Part shown: positions 21,448-29,230 of the stretch, piece by piece
How positions within the stretch are numbered: position 1 is the first letter of the stretch
How the letters are laid out: every line of letters starts with the position of its first letter
Origin: an uncultured Gemmatimonadales bacterium
Lineage (GTDB): Bacteria > Gemmatimonadota > Gemmatimonadetes > Gemmatimonadales > Gemmatimonadaceae
DNA: 64,000 nucleotides
Direction of reading: 5' to 3'
Assembly: GCA_963851265.1 (NCBI GenBank)
Contig: CAWKNZ010000009.1
Coordinates: 128,001 to 192,000 of the forward strand
Translations under genes and position numbers: made by a program
Notes under the pieces: model-generated
What the model was told of the DNA's origin: nothing
What the model saw: only the letters and a program-made list of their open reading frames with translations
Database searches by the model: none

Positions 21448-21490
21448 CCGCCGGCAGCCGAGGGCGTGTCGGCGGTCGCAGGCGGGTCGA

Positions 21491-22975
21491 CTACGCCGAG
21501 TCGGCGCGGCTGCGATCGCGCCCCGTGGGGAAGCGGCGGTCGAGCTCCCCCTTGCCGGTCCGCACCCACGCATCACGCGTCACGCGGACGATCCGCAACG
21601 GGCGCGCGGCGAGTGGGCCTAACAAATCCGGGAGGTCGCCGGCCTCCGGCACCGGCTCCACCTCGCCGGCAGTCGACAGGGCCAGCACCAGCGTCCGCCC
21701 GTCGGGCGACGACAGCAGGACGTCGGTGAGCTGCGGCCAGCGCGCACGCACCGCGCGCTCGACGGAAGCGGCGGGCACGAACCGGCCGTTCTCCAGCTTG
21801 AAGCTGTCTGCCGTGCGCCCCTCGAACGTGTAGGTGCCGTCGAACTCCCGCCTCGCGAGGTCGCCGGTGCGCACCCAGCGCCCGGGTGGCTCGACGCTGA
21901 TCCCGAGACCTCCGGCCGCGTCGGCCTCCCACACGCCGAGGCAGGCGTTCGCGCCGCGAAACGCGAGCACGTCGTCGGCGTCGAGGCGGACCTCACAGCC
22001 GACTGGGTGACCGAGCGCGCCCGCGTGCCACGCTCCCGGATCACCCATCGTGATGCCCGGCGAGGCTTCGGTCTGACCGTACCCCACGCGCAGTCGCGTG
22101 CCGCGGAGCAGATCGGCGAGTGTCGAGTCGACCGGCGCCCCACCGATCACCCCGCCGCGCAGCCGGCCTAACAGCGCGCGGCCCTCGTCGCGTTCGGCGA
22201 GCAGGCGCAAGGTGTACGGCACGGCGTGCAGGTGCGTGATCGGATGCTCGGCCGCCACGGCCAGCATGGCCGCGGCGTCGCGCCCCCCCGAGGGGTCGCG
22301 CAACAGCTCGGCGCCGGCCAGCAGCGCGGGGAGCAACTCGAGCACCAGGCCGAACGCGTGATGCCACGGCAGCACCGAGAGGACCACGGCCCCATCCATG
22401 GCCAGCAGCGGGGTGTGGCTTGCCAACACCGCTCGCACGTTGGCGTCGGAGAGCGCCACGCGCCGCGGGGCCCCAGTCGTACCACTGGTCTCGAGGAGGA
22501 ATCGCGCCTCGCGGGTCGGCCCCGAGCGTGCCGGGCGCGGGATCACGGCAACGTCGGGCGGCGTGCCCGCGCGCTCCGCGGCGACGATCGCGGCAGCCGC
22601 CGGGCGGCCTGGTGCGACCACGGCATAGCGCGCATCGACGAGGTCGAGCAGGGACGCGACGTCGGCGCTGGCCGGCGCGGGCACGAACGTCAGATCGTCC
22701 CAGAGGGCCGCGACGAGCAGCATCGCGAAGCCCGGGCCGGGCGGCAGTGCACACACGACGCGGTCGCCCGGGCCGACGCCGTGCGTCCGCCACCACGCCG
22801 TCCACCGGCGCGCACCGGCCCACAGCGAGGCGGCGGCCACGAGGTCGTCACGCGTCCACAGCAGCGGGAGCGGACGGCCGCGGAGCCGGCGGTAGAGCGC
22901 GTCGCGCCACGACGACTCCGGCGCGGCACGCTCCGGCGCGAAATCCGTGACCGCAGCATCAGGTCGCACGTCCAT
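21491..22975 (-). CDS. pcl: AMP-binding acyl-CoA ligase, probable p-coumarate ligase for the PYP chromophore
   Basis: P-loop TSGTTG, LPWHHAFG, GYGQTE, RTGDL, EGR..D.FK..NG. Substrate inferred from the divergent pyp/tal operon. Confidence 0.8.
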   Translation of the reverse strand: MDVRPDAAVTDFAPERAAPESSWRDALYRRLRGRPLPLLWTRDDLVAAASLWAGARRWTAWWRTHGVGPGDRVVCALPPGPGFAMLLVAALWDDLTFVPAPASADVASLLDLVDARYAVVAPGRPAAAAIVAAERAGTPPDVAVIPRPARSGPTREARFLLETSGTTGAPRRVALSDANVRAVLASHTPLLAMDGAVVLSVLPWHHAFGLVLELLPALLAGAELLRDPSGGRDAAAMLAVAAEHPITHLHAVPYTLRLLAERDEGRALLGRLRGGVIGGAPVDSTLADLLRGTRLRVGYGQTEASPGITMGDPGAWHAGALGHPVGCEVRLDADDVLAFRGANACLGVWEADAAGGLGISVEPPGRWVRTGDLARREFDGTYTFEGRTADSFKLENGRFVPAASVERAVRARWPQLTDVLLSSPDGRTLVLALSTAGEVEPVPEAGDLPDLLGPLAARPLRIVRVTRDAWVRTGKGELDRRFPTGRDRSRADSA

Positions 22976-22982
22976 GCCGCGA

Positions 22983-22988
22983 ACGTTA
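22983..22988 (-). promoter_or_regulatory. Putative -10 box (TAACGT) 7 nt upstream of the pcl start
   Basis: AT-rich patch in the 105-bp divergent intergenic region; TANNNT pattern. Confidence 0.4.
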
Positions 22989-23080
22989 CAACCTTAGACC
23001 GGCCGGTCCGACAGTCCGAAGCGAAGGCGCGGCGACGGGCCGAATCGGCCGCGGTCCACCCCCCGCCCCTGTTCGTCGTG

Positions 23081-23416
23081 ATGTCATCCCTCGATGCCCC
23101 TCGGCCTGCACCCGCGAGCGCCGGCGCTCCCGACGCCCTGCACGAGATGGTCGCGAGCCTCGAGGCGCAACTCGTCTCGCTCTACGCAGAGCGCGAAGCC
23201 GAGGTCGCCGAGGCCGACACTCTGCGCGCCGCCGTCGCCAGCCTCGAAGAGCAGGCGCGCGCGTGGTACGCGAGCGTCGAGCGCCTCGGCGGTCGCACCG
23301 TCGACGAGGCCGCCGACGCGCTCGTGAGTTACGAGGCCCAGCTCGATGCGCTCTACGCCGCGGTCGACGCGACCCCCGGCGACGGCGGCAGCGCTCCCGC
23401 TTCGACGCCCGCCTGA
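23081..23416 (+). CDS. Small acidic coiled-coil protein with three V.S(L/Y)E.Q...(L/W)YA repeats
   Basis: ATG 23081; repeats VASLEAQLVSLYAE, VASLEEQARAWYAS, LVSYEAQLDALYAA. Confidence 0.75.
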   Translation: MSSLDAPRPAPASAGAPDALHEMVASLEAQLVSLYAEREAEVAEADTLRAAVASLEEQARAWYASVERLGGRTVDEAADALVSYEAQLDALYAAVDATPGDGGSAPASTPA

Positions 23417-23459
23417 ACCGCACTGCGTTCACACCACCTCCACCATCCCGACTTCACCC

Positions 23460-23828
23460 ATGTCCTTCGTTCCTCAGGCCGTCATCGACGGCCTCGCCGA
23501 GTTCTCGCGCTCCCAGGCCGACGCCCAGCCGTTCGGTGTCGTCCGCGTCACCGACGAGGGCATCGTCACGCTCTACAACCGCTGGGAATCCGGCCTCGCG
23601 GGCGTCGCCATCGAGACCGCCGAGGGCCGCAACTTCTTCACGCAGATCGCGCCGTGCACCAACAACCGCCTCGTGTTCGGCCGGTTCAAGGACGGCGTGC
23701 AGAAGAAGCAGCTCGACTCGGAGTTCAACTACACGTTCACGTACAAGATGAAGCCGACCAACGTCGCGCTTCGTCTCTTCCGGCACGAGCCTACGGCGAC
23801 GAACTGGGTGTTCGTCGGGCTGCGCTGA
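23460..23828 (+). CDS. pyp: Photoactive yellow protein
   Basis: 122 aa, colinear with H. halophila PYP: FG, YNxxE (Tyr42/Glu46), GRNFFxxIAPCT (Cys69), FxYTFxYxMxPTxV (Met100), WVFV. Confidence 0.95.
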   Translation: MSFVPQAVIDGLAEFSRSQADAQPFGVVRVTDEGIVTLYNRWESGLAGVAIETAEGRNFFTQIAPCTNNRLVFGRFKDGVQKKQLDSEFNYTFTYKMKPTNVALRLFRHEPTATNWVFVGLR

Positions 23829-23850
23829 GCCGCCGCGGAAGAGCCCGGCC

Positions 23851-24306
23851 ATGATCGCCGAACACCTCAGCGTCGCCGCGAACGTCGACCGGCTCGAAGC
23901 GCTCCTCGAGACGACGTGCAACGGGGTGCCCGCCGGCCCGGCCCGTGAGGCGCTCCTCGCGTATGCGCGGCAGAAGCGGGATGGGATGGTGGCGCTCGCC
24001 GCCGCGCTCCACGCGGCGGACGACGAGCCCGAACTCGTCCGCCTGCTCGCCGCGGTGTGGTTGGAGCTGCGCTGCGAGTGGGAGCGGTACAACAACGTGT
24101 CGAACTATCAGCTCTTTCATTCGGGGCACGACGCCGAGCCCCAGGTCATGGCGGCGGCCGCCACGATGTCGGGCATGCTCACGTGGATCGAGGAGGTCGT
24201 TCCCGGGCCGGCCGTCGAACTCATGACCGTCGCGACGCTCGACATGCTCGACCGCATTCGCGCGGACGTGGTGGAGCGCGCGTTGACGGCCGGCACCGCG
24301 GCCTGA
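23851..24306 (+). CDS. Hypothetical all-helical protein in the pyp operon
   Basis: 22 nt after the pyp stop, coding-like codon usage, aromatic patch WLELRCEWERYNNVSNYQL. Confidence 0.75.
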   Translation: MIAEHLSVAANVDRLEALLETTCNGVPAGPAREALLAYARQKRDGMVALAAALHAADDEPELVRLLAAVWLELRCEWERYNNVSNYQLFHSGHDAEPQVMAAAATMSGMLTWIEEVVPGPAVELMTVATLDMLDRIRADVVERALTAGTAA

Positions 24307-24318
24307 CCAGGCGCCTTC

Positions 24319-25212
24319 GTGGTAGACACCGTCAGCTACACGCCGCGCTTTGCCTGGGCGATGGTGGCCGCACCGGCCGCCACGGGGAGCGCCGTCGTCG
24401 CAACCAACGGGCCCGTAACCGGCGGGCCCGCGCAGGCGGGGCCGCCGAACGGCGCGGCGCTCGCGGAACTCGCGGCCGGGCTCGAGCGGAGCCGCGAGCG
24501 CGTGGAGACGCTGACCAACAGCGCGACCACGGTACTCTGCCTCACCTCGGTCGTGCACACGCAGCTCGCGGACGTGGGCGCGCGCGCGGCCGACGTGAGC
24601 GGCGCGGCCGCGCGCGTGGCCGAGCAGAGCCGCGCTACGGCCACCGCGGCCGCGGAGATTCGCGCCCTGGTCGATGACGCGCGCGCGGCGGTTGCGGCGC
24701 TGGCCGGTCACGCGCGCGACATCGAGCACGTGAGCACGCGCTTGAACGTGCTCGCCGTCGAGGCGCGCTTCGTCGGACTCAACGCGGCCATCGAGGCGGC
24801 GCGCGCCGGCGACGCGGGCCGAACCTTCGCGGTGGTGGCCGACAAGGTCCGCGAACTCGCCGACGGGGCATCCGACGCCGCGACGCAGATCATCGGCCGC
24901 CTCGGGCGCATCCGCGACGACGCGCTGCAGTCCGCGGCCGTGATGGAGCGCGCCGGCGTGTCGGTCGGCGCGATCGACGCGTTCACCGCCGGCGTGGCCG
25001 ACGCCGCGGCGGCGCAGGAGGCGGGCACCGCCGAGATCACGAGCAGCCTAACGCAGGTGTCGGGCGCGGTCGACGAGATCGTCCGTGCGGTAGAGGACAT
25101 CACCGAAGTCGGCATGGTGCTCGGAGACGGGACCGCCGAGAATCTCGCGCTCGCCGGCGCACTCGGCGCCGGCGCGGCGGCTTCCGATCCCGCGCCAGCG
25201 AGCGACTCGTGA
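24319..25212 (+). CDS. Soluble methyl-accepting chemotaxis protein (signalling domain only)
   Basis: Hairpin tip LNAAIEAARAGDAGRTFAVVADKVRELA; no TM or sensor domain. Start may be ATG 24361. Confidence 0.9.
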   Translation: MVDTVSYTPRFAWAMVAAPAATGSAVVATNGPVTGGPAQAGPPNGAALAELAAGLERSRERVETLTNSATTVLCLTSVVHTQLADVGARAADVSGAAARVAEQSRATATAAAEIRALVDDARAAVAALAGHARDIEHVSTRLNVLAVEARFVGLNAAIEAARAGDAGRTFAVVADKVRELADGASDAATQIIGRLGRIRDDALQSAAVMERAGVSVGAIDAFTAGVADAAAAQEAGTAEITSSLTQVSGAVDEIVRAVEDITEVGMVLGDGTAENLALAGALGAGAAASDPAPASDS

Positions 25213-26888
25213 CCGCATCGCTCCGCGACGTCCCGCGGGCGATCGCGCCCGGTGGCGAGGGAGACGCGGGCACGACGACGGTGGACCTGGGCGGACACGT
25301 CACGCCGGCCGACATCTACGCCGTCGCCGTCCGCGGGGCGCCGCCGCGAATCGGGCCCGACGCGCGGGCTCGGATGGAGGCGTCGGCGGAATACCTGGCA
25401 CGGTGCGTCGACGAGCGGCGGCTGGTGTACGGCGTCACGACCGGCTACGGCCCGCTCGCGCGGCACCATGTCGGGCCGGAGCACGCCGCGACGCTCCAGC
25501 AGAACCTCATCTATCACCTCGCTTCGGGCGTCGGCGCGCCGCTCTCGCCGGCGCACACGCGTGCGCTGATGGCGGCGCGCGTCGCGAGCCTGGCCCGCGG
25601 CTACTCCGGCGTTGGGCGCGCGACCGCCGACCTGCTGCTCGCGTGCCTCACGCGCGGCGTCACGCCCGTTGTCCCCGAGCGGGGCACGGTGGGGGCGAGT
25701 GGTGACCTGACGCCGCTCGCCCACGTGGCGCTCGTGCTCATCGGCGAGGGGCGGGCCGCGTACCGCGGCGGCGTCCTGCCGGGGGCCGACGCGCTTCGGC
25801 TGGCGGGGCTCGCGCCGGTGGCGCTCGGGCACAAGGAGGGGCTCGCGTTGGTGAACGGCACGTCGGCGATGACGGGGATCGCCGCCGTGAACGCCGAGCG
25901 TGCGCGCCGGCTCGCGGAGCTGGTCGCGCGCCTCGCGGTGCTGCACGCCGAGGTTCTGGGGGGGCACGTCGAAGCATGGGACGCGCGCTTCGGGCGCGCG
26001 CGGCCGCACCCCGGGCAACGCGCGGCGCACGCGCGACTGCTGCGACTCGCGCGCGGGAGCGGCCGCCTAACGCCGTCGGTGCAGCCGCCGCCGCGGCTCG
26101 ACGCGCGGAGCGAGGCGACCGGACTGTTCAGCGCGCCCGAGCCGCCGCAGGACCCGTACACGATCCGGTGCGTTCCGCAGGAGCTCGGCGCCGCTCTCGA
26201 CGTGCTCGCCTTCCACGCCGGCGTGGTGGGAACGGAGCTCAACAGCGCCACCGACAATCCGCTCGTCTTCGCCGACGGCGCGGACGACCCGGATGGCGCG
26301 GTGTTGCACGGCGGCAACTTCTACGGCCAGCACGTCGCGTTCGCGAGCGACGCGCTCGCGATGGCGGTGGTCAAGCTCGCGGCCTGGAGTGAGCGGGCGC
26401 TCGCGCGGCTCACCAATCCGGCCTACAACAAGGGGTTGCCGGCGTTTCTGCACGGCGGAGCGCCGGGGCTGACGAGCGGTTTGATGGGAGCGCAGGTCAC
26501 GGCGACGGCACTCGTCGCGGAGATGCGCACCGGTGCGGTCCCTGCGTCGATCCAGACGATCCCGACGAACAACGACAATCAGGACGTCGTCACGATGGGT
26601 ACGATCGCCGCTCGCAAGGCGAGCGGGCTGCTCGACCTCGCGTGGCACGTGCTGGCGATCCACGCGATCGCCGCCGCGCAGGCGTCGGAGTGCCGGGCGC
26701 GCGAGGGCGGCGCGCGGGCGCCCGGCGACGCGGGCTTCTCCTCCGCGAGTGCCGCGCTCTGGTCGGCGGTACGCGGCGCGGTCGCACCGCTCGACACGGA
26801 CCGCCCCCTGTCCGACGACATCATGCGCCTCGCCGAGGCGCTGGAGCACGACGACGCGCTGCTCGGTGCGAGCCCACTCCTGACGTAG
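25209..26888 (+). CDS. tal: Aromatic amino-acid ammonia-lyase, tyrosine-type
   Basis: YGVTTGYG, MIO triad in GTVGASGDL, QDPYTIRC, HGGNFYG. NLIYHLASGVG has His at the TAL selectivity position. GTGA overlap with the MCP stop. Confidence 0.88.
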   Translation: MTASLRDVPRAIAPGGEGDAGTTTVDLGGHVTPADIYAVAVRGAPPRIGPDARARMEASAEYLARCVDERRLVYGVTTGYGPLARHHVGPEHAATLQQNLIYHLASGVGAPLSPAHTRALMAARVASLARGYSGVGRATADLLLACLTRGVTPVVPERGTVGASGDLTPLAHVALVLIGEGRAAYRGGVLPGADALRLAGLAPVALGHKEGLALVNGTSAMTGIAAVNAERARRLAELVARLAVLHAEVLGGHVEAWDARFGRARPHPGQRAAHARLLRLARGSGRLTPSVQPPPRLDARSEATGLFSAPEPPQDPYTIRCVPQELGAALDVLAFHAGVVGTELNSATDNPLVFADGADDPDGAVLHGGNFYGQHVAFASDALAMAVVKLAAWSERALARLTNPAYNKGLPAFLHGGAPGLTSGLMGAQVTATALVAEMRTGAVPASIQTIPTNNDNQDVVTMGTIAARKASGLLDLAWHVLAIHAIAAAQASECRAREGGARAPGDAGFSSASAALWSAVRGAVAPLDTDRPLSDDIMRLAEALEHDDALLGASPLLT

Positions 26889-27017
26889 ACCGGCGCCGGC
26901 GACGGTCGGCGCGTTCGGCGCTCGCGCCGTGCGCGATCTCCTCAATTCTTCCGCTGAGTGTCTCACCACCTCGACGTCCCGCGCCTTCCGAGCGCAGACC
27001 GCTGTCCGACCGCACCG

Positions 27018-28262
27018 ATGCGTGCGGTGATGGACGACTCTCGCGCCCGCGACGACGCACGTCACGATCACTCGCCGACGTCGCGCCCGATCGCGCCCGT
27101 CGGTCCGCTCCGCATCGACGTGGCGACCACGATCGGGCAGTTCGAACGTCTCGAGGGCGAGTGGTCGGCCCTGCTGGCGCGCGTACCGGGCGCGCTGCCG
27201 TTCGCTACGTACGACTGGGCGCGGGCGTGGTGGGAGCATCTGCGGCGCGACGGCCGCTGGACGCGCGACGCGCTCTGCGTGTTCGCCGTCCGGACTGCCG
27301 CGGGCGACCCGGTCGCGTTCGCGGCCTACATGCGCACGGCCTACCGCGTGCTCGGCCTGCCCGTCGCCAGGATCGTGCAGCCGTTCGGGGCCGATCCGAA
27401 CCTCACCGAAGTGCGCGGGATGCTCGTCGCGCCCGAGCACGAGGCCGCGGTAGTCGCGGCCATCGACGCCCACCTGCGCGGCGGGCGCGCATGCGACTGG
27501 GTGCGCTGGGGCGGACTCACGCGGGACGGTGCGGCGCTCGCCACGCTCGCGTCACGCGATGGCGCGGTGGTGGACCGAGTGCTGCCGACCTTCGTGCTGG
27601 CGCTCCCCGACACGTGGGACGAGTTCCGCCGCACGCGCCCGCGCAACGTGCGCGAGTCTCTCCGGAAGTGCTACAAGCTTCTCGAGCGCGACGGCCATGC
27701 GTGGGAGTTCCGGGCCCTCGACACCGGCCCCGCGGTCGCGGCGGCGCTCGACGGATGGTTCGACCTGCACGGCCGCCGTGCGGCACTGACCGAGACGTCG
27801 GTCCGGCATCCGGATTACTTCGCCGTGCCCGGCGCGCGGGCGTTCGTGGCCGACGTCGTGGAGCGCATGGGGCGGCGCGGCGGCGTGCGCATGTTCCAGC
27901 TCCAAATCGGCGCCGACGTCGTCGCCATGCGACTCGGCTTCGTCGTGGGCGACAGTCTGTACCTGTACTACTCGGGCTACGATCCCGCGTGGAAGGCCTA
28001 CAGCGTGATGACCACGGTGGTCGCCGAGTCGATCCGGTACGCGATCGAGCACGGAATCCGCACCGTGAACCTGTCGAGCGGCGCCGACCAGTCCAAAGCG
28101 CGGTGGCGCCCGAGCGAGGTGGCCTACGCCGACGCGGTCGCCATCCGCCCCGGCCGGCGCGCGCACCTCGCCCACCGCGCGTTCACCGCGTTGCGGGCGC
28201 GGACGGATCGCCGCGATGCCCCTCTTCCGCCTGCGGCGTCGGAGGCCGCGTCCGATGCCTGA
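27018..28262 (+). CDS. CelD/BcsL-type GNAT acyltransferase
   Basis: LEGEWSALL..PFATYDWARAWW, LPDTWDEF, YLYYSGYDPAW, NLSSGADQSKARW. Confidence 0.82.
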   Translation: MRAVMDDSRARDDARHDHSPTSRPIAPVGPLRIDVATTIGQFERLEGEWSALLARVPGALPFATYDWARAWWEHLRRDGRWTRDALCVFAVRTAAGDPVAFAAYMRTAYRVLGLPVARIVQPFGADPNLTEVRGMLVAPEHEAAVVAAIDAHLRGGRACDWVRWGGLTRDGAALATLASRDGAVVDRVLPTFVLALPDTWDEFRRTRPRNVRESLRKCYKLLERDGHAWEFRALDTGPAVAAALDGWFDLHGRRAALTETSVRHPDYFAVPGARAFVADVVERMGRRGGVRMFQLQIGADVVAMRLGFVVGDSLYLYYSGYDPAWKAYSVMTTVVAESIRYAIEHGIRTVNLSSGADQSKARWRPSEVAYADAVAIRPGRRAHLAHRAFTALRARTDRRDAPLPPAASEAASDA

Positions 28263-29121
28263 ACCGCTCGTGTCCATCGTGATCCCGACGTTCCGCCGCG
28301 AGATGATGCTCGTTGACGCGATCCGATCGGTGCTCTCCCAGTCCGGCGTGCGCGTCGAGGTGATCGTGCTCGACGACAGCCCGGAGGGATCGGCGGCGGC
28401 TGCCGTCGCGGGCTGCGCCGACGCCCGGGTGCGCTACGTGCACCGGGCCGTACCGTCCGGGGGACGTCCGGCCGTCGTGCGGAACGACGGCCTCTCCCTC
28501 GCCGGCGGGAAGTACGTGCACTTTCTCGACGACGACGACGTGCTCGCCGAAGGCGCGCTCGCGGCCACCGTGGGCGCGCTCGAAGCCGCTCCGCACGCCG
28601 GGGTCGCGATCGGCCTCGTCGTTCCGTTCGGCGACGACCCCGTCGCCCTCGCGCGGGAACAGGCGTACTTCGGCGCGGCGACGCAGCGCCTGCGCGCGAT
28701 CCGCGCGCGGCTCGCGCTCGTGGCGGAGATGCTGTTCCAGAAAACGCCGCTCGTGAACTCGTCGTGCACCATCCGACGGACGTGTGCGGTCGCGGTCGGG
28801 GGCTACACGCCGACCATCCCCATGAACGAGGACGTGGATTTCTACCTGCGCGCGGTCCGACGCGGCGGCTTCGTGTTGGTGGACGTGCCGGTCGTCCACT
28901 ATCGTGTCGGCCAGCCGTCGCTCATGCACTCGCTGACCGACTTTTCGGTGCTGGCGGAGGCGTACGGGATGATCCACCAGCAGTACCGGCGCGAGCACGG
29001 CGCGATCGAGTTCACCCTGCTGCGCGCGTACGGCCTCGCGCTCCGGCTCGCGGGCCGCGTCCGCGCGCGCCGGCATGCGGCTGCGGGGCTGGTCCACGCC
29101 GCGCCGCGCGTCGCGGGCTGA
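28255..29121 (+). CDS. Glycosyltransferase family 2
   Basis: LVSIVIPTFRR, VIVLDD, FLDDDD, NEDVDFYLR; SD GGAGG; 8-nt overlap with the GNAT. Confidence 0.92.
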   Translation: MPEPLVSIVIPTFRREMMLVDAIRSVLSQSGVRVEVIVLDDSPEGSAAAAVAGCADARVRYVHRAVPSGGRPAVVRNDGLSLAGGKYVHFLDDDDVLAEGALAATVGALEAAPHAGVAIGLVVPFGDDPVALAREQAYFGAATQRLRAIRARLALVAEMLFQKTPLVNSSCTIRRTCAVAVGGYTPTIPMNEDVDFYLRAVRRGGFVLVDVPVVHYRVGQPSLMHSLTDFSVLAEAYGMIHQQYRREHGAIEFTLLRAYGLALRLAGRVRARRHAAAGLVHAAPRVAG

Positions 29122-29230
29122 GCGGGTGATCGCGCGCGTGGCGGTGCTCCGCCGCGTGACGCGCAACCCGTCGCGCCGGGGCGTTAGGCGACGCCCCGAC
29201 CGCGGGTACGATCGGACGGCCGCTCGCGGC

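Noticed and set aside
25209..26888. Calling this gene histidine ammonia-lyase (hutH)
   Set aside because: The selectivity region is NLIYHL rather than the SH of HAL, there are no hut genes, and it lies in a pyp operon.
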